Part shown: positions 41,707-53,267 of the stretch, in pieces | How positions within the stretch are numbered: the first letter of the stretch is position 1 | How the letters are laid out: each line of letters opens with the position of its first letter | NCBI GenBank assembly: GCA_965202625.1 | Contig: CBDBBI010000010.1 | Location: 576,001 to 640,000 of the forward strand | Reading direction: 5' to 3' | From: a bacterium | GTDB taxonomy: Bacteria > UBA8248 | Length of the DNA stretch: 64,000 nt | Made by a program: the position numbers and the translations under genes | Notes under the pieces: model-generated | Database searches by the model: none | The model's input: only the letters and a program-made list of their open reading frames with translations | Told to the model about the DNA's origin: nothing

Positions 41707-43164
41707 TCAAAAAACCTCGGCTGTGAATTCCATGCGCACCCTATCCTGAAGAGAACGAATAGCCTTGAGCGACATTCGAAGAATGTGTTTTTCTCTTCTG
41801 GATATTTCCGATTTTCTGACGTAGGGCGTCGCCTTTTGAAATCGCTTGAAATCCCTTAGCTGCTGGCGCAGCAATATGGTTGCGAGATGTTCGAGGGCGG
41901 CGAGATATTCATCCGCCTCATCGTCGCTGAATACACCCGCCTCATGCAACAGCCCGATGCGTTTGTGGGTGGAGGTCGCCTTCAGTCCCTCCTTGAGGGC
42001 GAGCAGCCTCACAGCTCCCGCAAGGGGAAGGATGCCCCCGTGCTTGAGGTTTATCTTCAAAATCCCCTCCTGCGTTCTCTCCGAGTGCAGCCTGCCTAAC
42101 AGGCCGAGGGCGACGCGCCTGTCGGCCTCGGTTTGCAACATGGCATGAAACAGGACGCGTTCTCTTTGAACGAACCGCATGATGTGATCCCGCAATTCCC
42201 GTCCAAACGACAAAACGCCATAGGCGGTGTCAAAATCGAAGAAGACATCGCTCAACGGGACCTGGAACATGCTGCGTTTCTGAAACCACCGCAGGGTCTG
42301 GTGCTTCCACTCCGAGAGCGATTTGCGCCAGAGCGGGTTTGTCGCCATAACTTAGCCCGCACACAGAGGGAAACCGATGACCTCTAGGGTCTGGGTAAGC
42401 AGTTCTGAGAATCTTATGAAATACGCATTAACTTCGTCGTGCCGCCCCAAGGGGTAGTCTTCGAGGATCATACCGTTGTCCTGATCCGGATTGATGAAGT
42501 TTTCCCCCCGACCGGAGGAACCCATGACGATTACCGAGAAGCGAACGGGCGGATCGCCTCCCCTCTCCTCCTTGATGAACGCAATCGCTCTCACACACAC
42601 CCTTCGGTAGATGTCGTTATTCACGTGGGTGAGCAACGCCAAAATTCCGGGTGCCGGAAGGTTATCCTCAAGCAAGCCTTGCGCGACATCCACCTGTGCG
42701 GCTTTCACCTCATGCAGCCCGTAAAGGTCAGAGTCCTGCGTGAAAGCGTCGATGTGTCCCATTATCTGCTCCGCCGCTACAGCCATGGCGTCTTGAAGAT
42801 CGAGCAAGCCAAGAGGGCGGTTCGCCTCATCCACTACGGGCATGTGGCGGTGGCCGAGACGCCGCATACTCGCCATCGCGCGGTAGAGATAGTCCTCTCT
42901 CGTGGAGACATGGACGGGGGTCGTCATGACTTGCTGAATCGTCTCCGCGCCATCGCATCTCAAGGCGACACGGCGGGTCACGTCCTTTTCCGTAAAAATG
43001 CCGGCTAATGCGTCATCCTCATCGGTGATGAGAACGCAGGCGGCATTCTTCTCCGCCATCTGGGCGATGACGTTCTCAAGATTCTCCGAAGCCGGAAATA
43101 TGAGCGGATCCGATCGCAGGAAATCATTCACAAAGCAAGAGAAAATTCTCGTCTGAGATTGCAT
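41707..43164 (-). pseudogene. CBS-pair + DUF294/DUF294_C nucleotidyltransferase-like protein interrupted by an in-frame TAA at 42352-42354
   Basis: CBS pair, MGSSGRGE..DQDNG, PLCAG*VMATNPLWR read in a single frame, INLKHGG. Confidence 0.88.
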
Positions 43165-43227
43165 GAGATTCTGAACCCATATTCACTGCGCCCGCTCAAG
43201 GGCACGGCACCCTACCCCTAGCGTCCT

Positions 43228-44204
43228 TCAATCTTTCAGGTATTTGGCCAAATAGGCGATGCTCGTCTCAATCGCCGCTTCTTGGATTTCATCGACGATG
43301 TATTCTCCATCCCCTCCCCTTTCAGGAAAGACGTATCCGTGCATTCGATGATCGTAGGAAACCCACTCGACCTCGTTTCCCGCTTCACGCATCAGATCAT
43401 ACGTGACCCTGAATACGCCTTGGAGGTGGTCCCCATCCCTTCCCATGAAGAGAATCGGGGTGCGAATGCGCGCCATCCTCTCAAGCGCGAGGTTTTCGTT
43501 GACGCGTGTCCTGACTTTTTCGACCTCCCGCATCATCATTCCTTCTATGTTCCTCAGGCGCGTCTCCTTTTTGACGAACGCGGTCGCGTCCGGCAAGAGG
43601 TCCAAAAACTCATGAGCGGCCGGCTCGCAGGCCACGCAGGCGCGGACACCCCCATATTCGGAGGTGATTTTGAGGATCATCTCACCTGCGTGGCTCACAC
43701 CTATAAGAGCGATGCGGGACGCATCCACCTCGGGCAGACTTTTCAGGTGCTCGATAATCGAAATCTCATCCTCATATTCCAGAGGAGAGCGATTCAGGAG
43801 CTGTCGGCCCTGTCGCACGTCCTCGACCAAGCGTCCCCCGTTGTTGTAGCCGAGTTCCACTTCCGATCGGTACCTCAGCCAAGCGCAGGCGTAGCGCGCC
43901 TCCAGTAGGCATTCCTGAATATAGCTCTTGTTACGGGTCGCCTCACGCACCCAAGCCATGCCGCCGCCGCCATTTCCACTTGCGAGCAGCACGACGGGAT
44001 GCGGCCCCTCGCCCTCAGGTATTCTGAGCCCTATCGGAGCGTATACGCCATCAAGAAGCTCGACGTACATGAGGTGAACCGGATACTCAGAGCCCGCCAC
44101 CTGTTCCGTGATGACGACGCGCTCGGGGTCGATTCCGCCTTTCAAGAGACACTCCTCGCTCGTTTTCCACAATCGGCAATAGTATTCATCATCCCACAGG
44201 ATCA
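43228..44204 (-). CDS. Alpha/beta hydrolase fold protein (start uncertain)
   Basis: GNGGGG, VDASRIALIGVSHAG nucleophile elbow, C-terminal HG. Confidence 0.75.
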
Positions 44205-45029
44205 TTGAAAACAAAAAGGACGAAGCGTCAGGTTGAGCCCCTTTAAGATTTAGGATATCACCCTGTTTTCTTGACTGGATTGGTTCAGGGGCGAGACGAT
44301 TCTTTGTTTGTTTCTTCTTATGAAATCTCAATCACATGAAATTAGGAAGCCGATGGTGTTATTTCAATCCCCCATCATCTTGAATTGGTTAGCTCGCTCA
44401 AAACGAGACACCGTTAGACCCAGCATGGCAACTTGCTTATGCCGAATCCGTAGGCTCGCAGGCACTGTTGGGCCTACCCGCATTGAAACGCCTAGTTGAG
44501 GACCCGCAGACTCAAAATTGCGCCGTTGTTTGTCCCCTCCAAACAAGTTTGCGAGTGCCTAATGTGCCAGTTGTCATCGCCGAAATCTATCTTTCCCTTC
44601 TCAAGACAGAAAGGCAGAGATAAAAAGTCACAAGGGAAATGATGAGGAGCTCGACTCCGCCCAGGTTCGCGTGAACGCAGAGGCGTTTGCACGACTGGAC
44701 GCTCTAGGACTAGAAGGCTTGGTGCCACTTCTCAAAGGTGCGCCGGGGCCTCACATCTGACAAACGCAGGCTCATTGAAACCGAAGAAGCCTGGATATTC
44801 AGCCTCGCATGGAGATGCGATCCGCCATGTTTTGGGCTTGCGCTAGCGACGCCTGCAGAAAGAAGGAATTCGTGGAATCTCTGCGCTCTACCTCGCCCCT
44901 TGAGTGCGAATTCCATGCAGTGAGATGAACTCTCAGCACTTTTTCCCCTCCCTATAGTATGAGAAAATACTATCATGTGAGAGTAAACTTCCTCCTAGAT
45001 TGTCGGTTTTTTGAGTCGTGAGCGAAGAG

Positions 45030-45311
45030 ATGTCCGAGACCCAGTGTCCGAAATGCGGCGTAAAAACTTCCGGCGCAGGCCCCTGTCCTATCTGTGGCAG
45101 CACGCTCAACGCGAAAGTTGGGGACGATAGGTCCTTGAACATCGTAGACGCCAAGGAGATCGTCGTGAAAGTCATGTGGGGGACGGGTGCTCTGATGATT
45201 TGCGGAGGCCTGGGCGCTCTCTCTGCGGGCGCGACGAAGCCTGCGGTCGGTCTGCTGGGCTTGGGCGGCTTCCTCTTCGCAGGCTCCTACGCGCTTGATT
45301 GGTGGACGTGA
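45030..45311 (+). CDS. Small zinc-ribbon membrane protein
   Basis: CPKCG...CPICG followed by two hydrophobic helices. Confidence 0.65.
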   Translation: MSETQCPKCGVKTSGAGPCPICGSTLNAKVGDDRSLNIVDAKEIVVKVMWGTGALMICGGLGALSAGATKPAVGLLGLGGFLFAGSYALDWWT

Positions 45312-45328
45312 CCCTCAGCACATCGGGT

Positions 45329-45405
45329 TGGTGCCCCCGGCAGGATTCGAACCTGCGGCCTACGGATTAGGAATCCGGCGCTCTATCCTGCTGAGCTACG
45401 GGGGC
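45329..45405 (-). tRNA. tRNA-Arg(CCT)
   Basis: Reverse complement GCCCCCGTAGCTCAG...GATTCCTAATC...GGTTCGAATCC..GGGGGCACCA. Confidence 0.95.
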
Positions 45406-45433
45406 TTGTGAGCCGGGGCGCGGCGTTTTTCAC

Positions 45434-45958
45434 TCAATATCGTATCAGGGACTTCACGGAGTGCGGAGCGAGACGCTCCCGTCCTTTTAAAAAAGCAAGC
45501 TCGACGAGGAACGAGAGGCCGTGGACGCGCCCGCCGAGAGATTCGACGAGCGCCACGCAAGCGGATGCGGTGCCCCCTGTAGCGAGTAGATCGTCAGCGA
45601 TGAGCACCTTCATACCGGGCTTGATGGCGTCGTTGTGAATCTCCAGAGCGTCGGCGCCGTACTCGAGTTCATAGGCGGCTTGGGTCTTCTCCCAGGGGAG
45701 TTTTCCCGGTTTTCTCACCAAGGCGAAGCCCGCTCCGATCTTGTAGGCAAGGGGCGCTCCAATGACGAAACCGCGCGCCTCCGCGGCCAGGACGACGTCG
45801 ATCCCCTGACCAAGCAAAGGCTCCGCCGCCAAGTCCACCGCCGTTTGAAAAGCCTCGGCATCTTGGAGCATGGGGGTGATGTCCTTGAACATGATGCCTT
45901 CCTTGGGGAAATCAGGTACATCCCGAATATGTGGCAGAAGCCGGCTAACTTTGGACAT
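45434..45958 (-). CDS. apt: Adenine phosphoribosyltransferase
   Basis: PDFPKEGIMFKDIT, EARGF, RKPGKLP, YELEYG, DDLLATGGT. Confidence 0.97.
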   Translation of the reverse strand: MSKVSRLLPHIRDVPDFPKEGIMFKDITPMLQDAEAFQTAVDLAAEPLLGQGIDVVLAAEARGFVIGAPLAYKIGAGFALVRKPGKLPWEKTQAAYELEYGADALEIHNDAIKPGMKVLIADDLLATGGTASACVALVESLGGRVHGLSFLVELAFLKGRERLAPHSVKSLIRY

Positions 45959-46144
45959 GAAAACCCTCTCTCGCCGGACGAAGGCACCGTTGACGTTTTA
46001 TCGTGCCCCTATCTTGGCGATTCTCCGGAACATGAAATGAAATGCCCCCGACGGGCAAGACCATTCCAGGTTTTCTCTCCTCACCTTGCTTTTATGTGCG
46101 ATCGTTGTTCATCATAAAAATCTCTTAGAGGATAGGGAAACCTC

Positions 46145-46981
46145 TCACGGCAGATAGGATAGCGGGTTTTGGGGTTGCGTGCGATGCCTGATCTCGAAAT
46201 GAACGTGCGGCCTCTTAAAGCCCCTCGTGCGGCCCGCCAAGGCGATGGGTGTTCCACGCGAGACCTGCTGGCCCTTGCGTACGAGATTCTTGGCTATGCG
46301 GGCGTAGACAGAATGATACTCGCCTTCCTGGTGTCTGAGAATGATGAGACGACCTAGTCTTCCAGGGCCAAAGTCGGAGAATATGACGCGGCCCTCGGCG
46401 GCGGCGCGCACTTTCGCGCGCTCGCGAGTGGCGATCAAGATACCATCCGTCTTTTTGCCTCCGCGCGTGCCGAAGCGGCGAACCACGCGCCCGCGCAGAG
46501 GCCATGAGAATTTGGGTCGATTCTTGTTTCTCGTCCTCCATTTTACGTGGCGTGTCCGGTCAGAGCTTTTGGGTTTCGGGGGCGCGCTCCAGTGCACACG
46601 GCGTTTGGGTGGTTGATGGTCGCCGTCGCCGCTCGTTTGGGCACGACGCAGGTTCCTCGCGCCCAGAATGAAGATGCGGGAGCCCGCTCGCAGTCGATCC
46701 GGATCCGCGATGCCATTCAGGACAGCGATCTGTTCGACCTCCACCCCGTAGGCACGTCCAATACGCCAAAGGTTCTCGCCGCGCTGCACGGTGTGATATA
46801 CGCCGCCCAAATCGCGGCGAGTTTTATTCGGCCAAAGCGCCTCAAGCGGCGCACAGCCGGTCGCCAAAATCAGGGAGAATACACATACCCCGCACCACGC
46901 CGCGCGTCCCCTCCACGAACGCTGAAGGGACGAGAAGTCACGTGTGAAAGCGCGCGTCCATATTCTATCCTCATCAGGCAT
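46145..46981 (-). CDS. LysM/M23 NlpD-like lipoprotein (degenerate M23)
   Basis: LATGC lipobox, HTVQRGENLWRI LysM, WPLRG, HFEIR; KTDG and YAR replace the Zn-ligand His residues. Confidence 0.85.
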   Translation of the reverse strand: MPDEDRIWTRAFTRDFSSLQRSWRGRAAWCGVCVFSLILATGCAPLEALWPNKTRRDLGGVYHTVQRGENLWRIGRAYGVEVEQIAVLNGIADPDRLRAGSRIFILGARNLRRAQTSGDGDHQPPKRRVHWSAPPKPKSSDRTRHVKWRTRNKNRPKFSWPLRGRVVRRFGTRGGKKTDGILIATRERAKVRAAAEGRVIFSDFGPGRLGRLIILRHQEGEYHSVYARIAKNLVRKGQQVSRGTPIALAGRTRGFKRPHVHFEIRHRTQPQNPLSYLP

Positions 46982-47018
46982 CGGAAAGCATTCCTGCGAA
47001 TCCAAGATGATCGAGAGG

Positions 47019-47501
47019 CTACGAGTGGGCGTGTCCATGCCGTGCGCGTCCAAGCTGGGAATCAAGCGCCATCCTAACGGCCTCCTCGGGGCTGGAGACG
47101 AGAATCACACCCTCTGGGTTGCTTTCACGTCCCAAGGCGATCACCCTCCTTCCGAGTTTGAGTCCTAAAGCGATTTCAGAGAGCGTTCCGTGCGATCCCG
47201 GCAGGGCGACGAGCGCTTGGGCCGTGGCCGCGATAATAGCGTTTCGGGCGTGGCCCATACCGGTGACAACAGGAATGTCGATGAAGGGATTCGCGGATTT
47301 CGCGTCATAGGAGGGCAGGACACCAACGGTAAGGCCGTCCGCCTCCTTCGCCCCCCGTGCGGCGGCGCACATGACACCACCCAGCCCTCCACAGACGAGC
47401 ACAGCCCCCGCCCGCGCGATGGCAGCACCCGTCGCCTCGGCCAGAAGGGATATTTCCGGCCCGGGGTCAGAATCTCCAACCACGCCGATTATGATTTTCA
47501 T
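47019..47501 (-). CDS. LOG/SLOG family protein (TIGR00725-like)
   Basis: CGGLGGVM.AAARGA, TGMGHARN, GTLSE. Confidence 0.88.
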   Translation of the reverse strand: MKIIIGVVGDSDPGPEISLLAEATGAAIARAGAVLVCGGLGGVMCAAARGAKEADGLTVGVLPSYDAKSANPFIDIPVVTGMGHARNAIIAATAQALVALPGSHGTLSEIALGLKLGRRVIALGRESNPEGVILVSSPEEAVRMALDSQLGRARHGHAHS

Positions 47502-47709
47502 CAGATGATCCTGGGTCGAAGTCTCCTGCCTGATCTTATAGAGCGCGGGCGCCATGTCAAGTCTTTTATGTGGCCAGCCCGCTGACGCTATTCTTTGAGG
47601 AGAGGGGGTTCTCACTGCACCGCCTTGTCCGAGGCTTCATACGGCCCAAGCCTTATCGCCGCGTCTTTTGCCTAATCCTCTTGCAAAAGGCGCTTTAACG
47701 CCTCCTCCC

Positions 47710-48897
47710 CTACCCCCCATCGGGAACGCTCACCTTCTTGTTGTACTCCGCCGGCAACCCATTGTTCAACGTGTGAAGGATCCAGTCCGCTATGGCGGGG
47801 TACATGTCGGCCGCCACCTCGCCCATGGGATGGAATACACCTTCATAGAGCCACAGCTCGCGCGGGCAAGTGAGGTGCGCGAAAAACACCTCAATGTCGT
47901 CCGGCGTGCAAAGCTCGTCCATGTCGCCGGCCACGAGCAGATAATTCGACTTCATCTTGCTCACCATGGGGAGCCAGATGCTGTCACGCTCCTCGACGAA
48001 GGCGTCGAAAGCATCCTCGTCCAGGATGTTTGTCATATACATGTAGATTCTCTTGAAGTTGGGCTGGGCCTGGTTGAAGATGATGTCCGATGGCCCCACA
48101 TTCGCCATCTGCCCGACTACGGTATGAACGCGCTCGTCATGGGCGGCGATCTCCACAGTCCAGCGGCTTCCCATGCTCATGCCCATGAGGCCGATCTTGG
48201 AGGAATCCACCTCTTTTCGAGCGACGAGCCAGTCGATGACCCGGCTGCCCGCGTGCGCGTAGTTGGAGTGATCCACCCATACTTGGTTGAGGTTGCACTC
48301 ACCCTGTCCCGGGCCGTCCATGATCGCGAAGTTCATGCCGCGCTCCCGGAACCAGTTGTTATAGGGTAAAAGCCCGTCTTCCTTGATCATGTCCATGCCG
48401 GGGATGAGCAGGACGGTAGGTTTGGGACCTTCGCCGTCCGCCGGCCAGAAATAGAAATACGCGCTCTTGCCTGGCTCGAATTCCACCTGGCGCTTTTGGA
48501 TGCCGCCGCCCATGAGTTCGCGCATCCTGTCGAAGCAACGCGACACGCCTGCGTAATATTCCTTCTTGCGAGGATGCCCGTCCACGGGGATGAGATGCTG
48601 GCCACGCCCGTAGCAAAGTCCCGCGCGGTTGTAGTGCATCGCGGCGGTCACATGGTTCCCGACCTCGGCCGCCGCTACAGCCTTTTTCTCCTGAAGGGCA
48701 GCCTGCTTCCCCCATAAAAGGGGGATGGAGCGCCTTCCGGAGACCTTTGCGTAGACCGCCTGCAGGTCCTGGTGCCGGAAACCTCTCTCGTAGCGCGTGC
48801 CCATGATGCCAGGATGGAGAACGTCCTCGTTCTCCGAAAGTTTGAGGAAATTGTCGAAAATCCAGTTTTGATTCGCGCGCGACGCCTGTCGTCTCAT
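47710..48897 (-). CDS. Alpha/beta hydrolase (FrsA / C-C hydrolase-like)
   Basis: PGMD..KED, DGPGQGE, GMSMG, GDMDEL, GVFH. Confidence 0.85.
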   Translation of the reverse strand: MRRQASRANQNWIFDNFLKLSENEDVLHPGIMGTRYERGFRHQDLQAVYAKVSGRRSIPLLWGKQAALQEKKAVAAAEVGNHVTAAMHYNRAGLCYGRGQHLIPVDGHPRKKEYYAGVSRCFDRMRELMGGGIQKRQVEFEPGKSAYFYFWPADGEGPKPTVLLIPGMDMIKEDGLLPYNNWFRERGMNFAIMDGPGQGECNLNQVWVDHSNYAHAGSRVIDWLVARKEVDSSKIGLMGMSMGSRWTVEIAAHDERVHTVVGQMANVGPSDIIFNQAQPNFKRIYMYMTNILDEDAFDAFVEERDSIWLPMVSKMKSNYLLVAGDMDELCTPDDIEVFFAHLTCPRELWLYEGVFHPMGEVAADMYPAIADWILHTLNNGLPAEYNKKVSVPDGG

Positions 48898-49052
48898 GCC
48901 ACTACCTTCTCCTTTCCCGTCCGATGAATGGGGGCGAGGGCCTCATCCTCGCCGCTCACAGAAGACAAAAAAACAATTCAGCCCGCATCTTCCAGCCCTT
49001 AGCCGCTCAGGTCAACCGCTCATCGCCGTGAGGATGATTTTATGGCCCCACC

Positions 49053-49081
49053 TTGACAAGTCCGTCGCTCTTGCGTAGGTT
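49053..49081 (+). promoter_or_regulatory. Candidate sigma70 promoter of metY
   Basis: TTGACA-17 nt-TAGGTT. Confidence 0.5.
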
Positions 49082-49184
49082 TAGCCTCTTTTTTGGAAAT
49101 ATGGAGGATGGTAAACTTCAAGACATAGGAGCGATGTGTCTTCCGTCTCAAACATCTTTTTTAATGAGGAATGAGGAGCTGACA

Positions 49185-50477
49185 ATGGCAGTCGAATCAC
49201 GCAAAAAGGAAACAATCGTCCTTCATGCCGGACACCGAAAGGATGACGCTACGAACTCCGTAGCCGTACCAATTTACCAGACGTCTTCCTACCAGTTTGA
49301 CAGCACGGAGCATGCCGCCAGTCTGTTCGCGCTCAAAGAGTTCGGCAACATCTACACCCGCATCATGAATCCCACGAACGACGTTCTGGAGAAGCGGCTG
49401 GCCGCTCTCGAGGGCGGCGTCAGTGCCCTCGCCGTCTCCTCGGGCCAGTCGGCCTCAATGATGGCCGTGATGAACGTGGCGCGCACCGGCGACAACATTG
49501 TGAGCTCGACCGATCTCTACGGCGGCACGTGGAATCTCTTCGCCAATCAGTTGAAGGACGTCGGCATCGAATGCCGTTTCGTCGACCCGGAAGAGCCGGA
49601 GAATTTTGCAAAAGCGACCGACAAGAAAACGCGCGCCTATTACGCCGAGACGCTGCCGAATCCGAAGCTGCACGTTTTTCCCGTCAAGGAGGTCGCCGAC
49701 ATCGGATGCGAGATGGGGATTCCCCTCATAATGGACAACACGGCGGCGCACGGCCTCTGCAAGCCCTTTGAGCATGGCGCGGCCGTCATCGCTTCATCGT
49801 GCACGAAATACATCGGCGGGCACGGCAACTCCATCGGCGGCATCATCATCGACGGTGGAAACTTCGACTGGGCAGCACACCCCGAAAGGCAGCCCTACCT
49901 GAACCAGCCGGACGCAAGCTACCACGGCGCGGTGTGGACGGAGGCCGTCAAGCCGCTTGGCCCCATCGCCTACATCATCAAGGCGCGCGTCACTCTCTTG
50001 CGCGACTCTGGTCAGGCGATGAGTCCCTTCAACACCTTCTTGTTTCTCCAGGGGCTGGAGACTCTGCCCCTGAGGATGGAACGCCACTGCGAGAATGCCG
50101 CAGCCGTGGCGGATTTTCTGAGCACCCATCCAAAGGTAAGTGCCACGATCTACCCCGGTCTCATGGAAGGGGAGTATAAACGCCGCGCCGACGTGTACCT
50201 CAAGGGCGGCTACGGCGGCCTGTGCGGCTTCGAGCTGAAAGGCGGAAACGAGGCGGGTCAGAATTTCATCAACGCCCTCCAGATGTTCTACCACGTGGCG
50301 AACATCGGAGACACGAGAAGCCTCGCCATCCACCCAGCGAGCACCACACACTCCCAGCTGAGCGCGGAGGAGCAGGCACAGACGGGCGCCACACCGGGCT
50401 ATGTGCGCCTGTCTATCGGCATCGAGCACATTGACGACATCATCGCCGACCTCTCCCAGGCACTGGACGCAGCCTAA
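49185..50477 (+). CDS. metY: O-acetylhomoserine aminocarboxypropyltransferase
   Basis: VPIYQTSSY, GNIYTRIMNPT, SCTKYIGGHG (PLP Lys), ANIGD, HPASTTHSQL. Confidence 0.95.
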   Translation: MAVESRKKETIVLHAGHRKDDATNSVAVPIYQTSSYQFDSTEHAASLFALKEFGNIYTRIMNPTNDVLEKRLAALEGGVSALAVSSGQSASMMAVMNVARTGDNIVSSTDLYGGTWNLFANQLKDVGIECRFVDPEEPENFAKATDKKTRAYYAETLPNPKLHVFPVKEVADIGCEMGIPLIMDNTAAHGLCKPFEHGAAVIASSCTKYIGGHGNSIGGIIIDGGNFDWAAHPERQPYLNQPDASYHGAVWTEAVKPLGPIAYIIKARVTLLRDSGQAMSPFNTFLFLQGLETLPLRMERHCENAAAVADFLSTHPKVSATIYPGLMEGEYKRRADVYLKGGYGGLCGFELKGGNEAGQNFINALQMFYHVANIGDTRSLAIHPASTTHSQLSAEEQAQTGATPGYVRLSIGIEHIDDIIADLSQALDAA

Positions 50478-50486
50478 GGCTGAGAG

Positions 50487-50528
50487 CGCAAAGAAAGGGC
50501 ACCCCGTCTGGGGCGCCCTTTCTTTGCG
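50487..50528. terminator. Bidirectional intrinsic terminator after metY
   Basis: CGCAAAGAAAGGGCACCCC-GTCT-GGGGCGCCCTTTCTTTGCG. Confidence 0.85.
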
Positions 50529-50932
50529 TCGAAATAAATACCTGAAGTAGCCTATGACATATTCCTTATACCACACTAAAAATATGAAGTGAACGAGAAA
50601 ATTCAATTGGCAATCCACATCGGATCATGAAAGCATCAAATGAAGTATTTGTTGGGGCCCCGAGCGCAACTTCCCGATATTCTCGACGCTTCCCGACGGT
50701 TGTTTTTAGGTTTTCTATCTTGACCCATCTGCCGTGTCGAGGGGGAGGGGTCTTTCTCCCCTCTTTCAAAACCGCAGTTTGGATTATTCTTATGACGCAC
50801 GAAGCCTCGCCCCTTCAGGTCTCGCGCAAGATCGCCTTTACACTCTGGACATACTATAGTTGTAGCGTTCAGCAGTAGAGGTTCGTAGCAATTTTATTCC
50901 TTTTGACTTTTGATCAATATGCAGAGAAAAAA

Positions 50933-51009
<77 letters not shown>

Positions 51010-51049
51010 ACACGGGCGATTCAGACGGGATGACGGACTCCCCCGCCCC

Positions 51050-51736
51050 CTACGGCTTCTCCCATCCGTACTTGCCCACCAATTTCACAAAAACACAGTT
51101 CACCAACTCCTCCGGCGTGAGCATCTCTCCCGTTTCCGAGGCGCGATATCGAACAAGAGTTTGTTTCTTCCCTTCTCCCAAAGGCATGACGATGCGGCCA
51201 CCAGGGGCTAATTGCCCAATCCACGGCACCGGAACGCGAGGCGCCGACGCCGCGCTGACGATGACATCAAAGGGTGCCTCTTGCGGCCAGCCGTACGTAC
51301 CATCCGCCGTCCAGAGCATATAGTTCGTCACGCCAAAAGAGTCCAGACGCTCCCTGGCCTTCATCGACAGCTCGACCACCCTCTCAATCGCGCGGACTAC
51401 GCCTGCGAGCCTCGCCAGAAGCGCGGTAAGGTAACCTGAACCCACTCCAATCTCAAGCACCTTCTCGCCGCCCCTCAGCTCAAGGGCCTCAAGGGTGGCC
51501 GCCACCATGTAGGGCTGGGAGATCGTCTGTCCGTGTCCGATGGGCAGAGCCTTATCGGCGTAGGCGTTCTCCTTGAATATATCGGGGGCAAAATGATGCC
51601 TCGGCACATCCCGCAGCGCTTCGAGCACGCGGGCGTCCCCGATGCCCCTGGCGACGATTTGCTTCTCCACCATCTCATCACGCGCGCGCCGCCAAGGACT
51701 TCTCGCGTCCTCGCGCCCGTTTAATGGAACCGCCAT
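51050..51736 (-). CDS. pcm: Protein-L-isoaspartate O-methyltransferase
   Basis: [37 protein letters not shown]. Confidence 0.95.
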   Translation of the reverse strand: MAVPLNGREDARSPWRRARDEMVEKQIVARGIGDARVLEALRDVPRHHFAPDIFKENAYADKALPIGHGQTISQPYMVAATLEALELRGGEKVLEIGVGSGYLTALLARLAGVVRAIERVVELSMKARERLDSFGVTNYMLWTADGTYGWPQEAPFDVIVSAASAPRVPVPWIGQLAPGGRIVMPLGEGKKQTLVRYRASETGEMLTPEELVNCVFVKLVGKYGWEKP

Positions 51737-52476
51737 CCTTCAAGCCCTTTCATCGCATCATAATCTGTCAAGTCAAGTCGAAGGGGCGTTATGGAGACTT
51801 TGTTCTTCGCTATCGCCTCAAAATCGGTGTCGGGCTCATCCTCCCACCGCAAGCTGTTTCCCCCTATCCAGAAATACTCACGGCCGCGCGGGTCGATCTT
51901 CTCCACGATCGATTCTTCATAAACGCGCTTGCCTTGGCGGGTGATTTTCTCTCCTAGGCATTGGTCCGGCGAGACGTTCGGGATGTTGATGTTCAACAAA
52001 ACACCCGGCACCAGCCCTCGAGATAATACTTGTCTTGCACTGACGCGCGCAACTTTTTGTGCCAATTCGTAGCCGAGCGCCTCCCCTTCCTCGTGGACGA
52101 GGGAAAGAGCCGCCGCTGGAAGTCCCAGGAGCGTAGCCTCCATCGCGGCGGCCACGGTTCCCGAATAGGTGATATCATCGCCTAGATTTCCGCCTCGGTT
52201 GATGCCGGAGAGCAGAATATCCGGCCGATTGTCCTTCAAAAGACCATTAAGGGCCAAGTTGACGCAATCCGTAGGCGTTCCATCCACGGCAAACCAGTTT
52301 TGTTCCACCTCGTTGACGCGTAGGGGGCGGTGCAGGCTCAAGGAATGACCTGCTGCGCTTTGTTCCCTGTCCGGGGCGACGACGATTAATTCTCCTAGGG
52401 GAATGAGAGCCGCGTGCAGGGCGCGCAACCCCTCTGAGTCGATCCCGTCGTCATTGGAAAGCAGTATTCGAACCAT
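51721..52476 (-). CDS. surE: 5'/3'-nucleotidase SurE
   Basis: ILLSNDDG, APDREQSA, GTPTDCV, SGINRG.N, YSGTVAAA. Confidence 0.97.
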   Translation of the reverse strand: MVRILLSNDDGIDSEGLRALHAALIPLGELIVVAPDREQSAAGHSLSLHRPLRVNEVEQNWFAVDGTPTDCVNLALNGLLKDNRPDILLSGINRGGNLGDDITYSGTVAAAMEATLLGLPAAALSLVHEEGEALGYELAQKVARVSARQVLSRGLVPGVLLNINIPNVSPDQCLGEKITRQGKRVYEESIVEKIDPRGREYFWIGGNSLRWEDEPDTDFEAIAKNKVSITPLRLDLTDYDAMKGLEGWRFH

Positions 52477-52760
52477 CGTTCTTTCATGCCGCGCGTCCCG
52501 GGGCAAGGAGGCGCATTATTACGTGAGGGGCGAGGAATCATTATGGCGCGATCTCGGCTATAAAATCAACACCCCGGGGTGGAGTTGACGGACGTTCTTG
52601 AGGCGAGTGATGAGAGAAATGGCGTGAGGGAATGAACGTCGACGCCTCTCGCCACACATGGAGTGTGCTGAATCGGCAGTTTCTCACCACCGTTTACGCC
52701 CTTACATAGTCTCCGTCTTATAGCCCGCCACATGGTAGGAGGGGGGCGTGGAAACCCAGG

Positions 52761-53267
52761 ATGGCTTCGAGTGCTTCGCTTGCTTTCATGAGTGTTGAGG
52801 AGAGGATTCCTCCCCCCCAAGAAGCGTCCCCAGAGCATTTCACTTCAATACGAATGCCCTCCGTGCGGGTGCGCGGCCCGACACCGCCACTGGCGCCCGA
52901 ACGGTTCCGATCTGTGGCATATTATCTGCCAAGGATAGGTTTCGATGTCATCCCCGTGAAAACGAGATACGAGCGGATACTGATCAGAAAATCCTATCCC
53001 GACGTCAAGTCGGTACCCGATCCTCCGGAAGTGGTGGACGTTTTCGCAACCGGAGGTCTGCTGGTCGGGGCCAAATCCATTTGGCTGCAATTTGGCGTGG
53101 TGAACGAAGCGGAAGCCAAGTCCGCGAAAACCGGGGGCCTCATCGTCGTCATAGACAGGTATATGAAAATCGAGCACGGTCGTCTGGGAGGTAGTCTGCA
53201 TTCGGCGGGTATGATTGGCCGGCTTTATCACGACGCGCCGAAGCCTGCTCGCCCCTTTGGTCCGTGA
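52761..53267 (+). pseudogene. CoA-binding (YccU-like) protein, apparently degenerate or internally deleted
   Basis: GFDVIPV, SYPDVKSVP..VVDVF, AKSIWLQFGV, VVIDRYMKIEH; the segment expected between VDVF and IWLQ looks shortened. Confidence 0.6.

Noticed and set aside
44330-45000. ncRNA or IS in the ORF-poor gap
   Set aside because: No terminal inverted repeats, transposase motifs or recognisable RNA family; more likely eroded coding sequence.
50739-50764. Hairpin GAGGGGGAG...CTCCCCCTC as a terminator or repeat family member
   Set aside because: Single copy in the window, weak U-tract, and no clearly associated transcript end.
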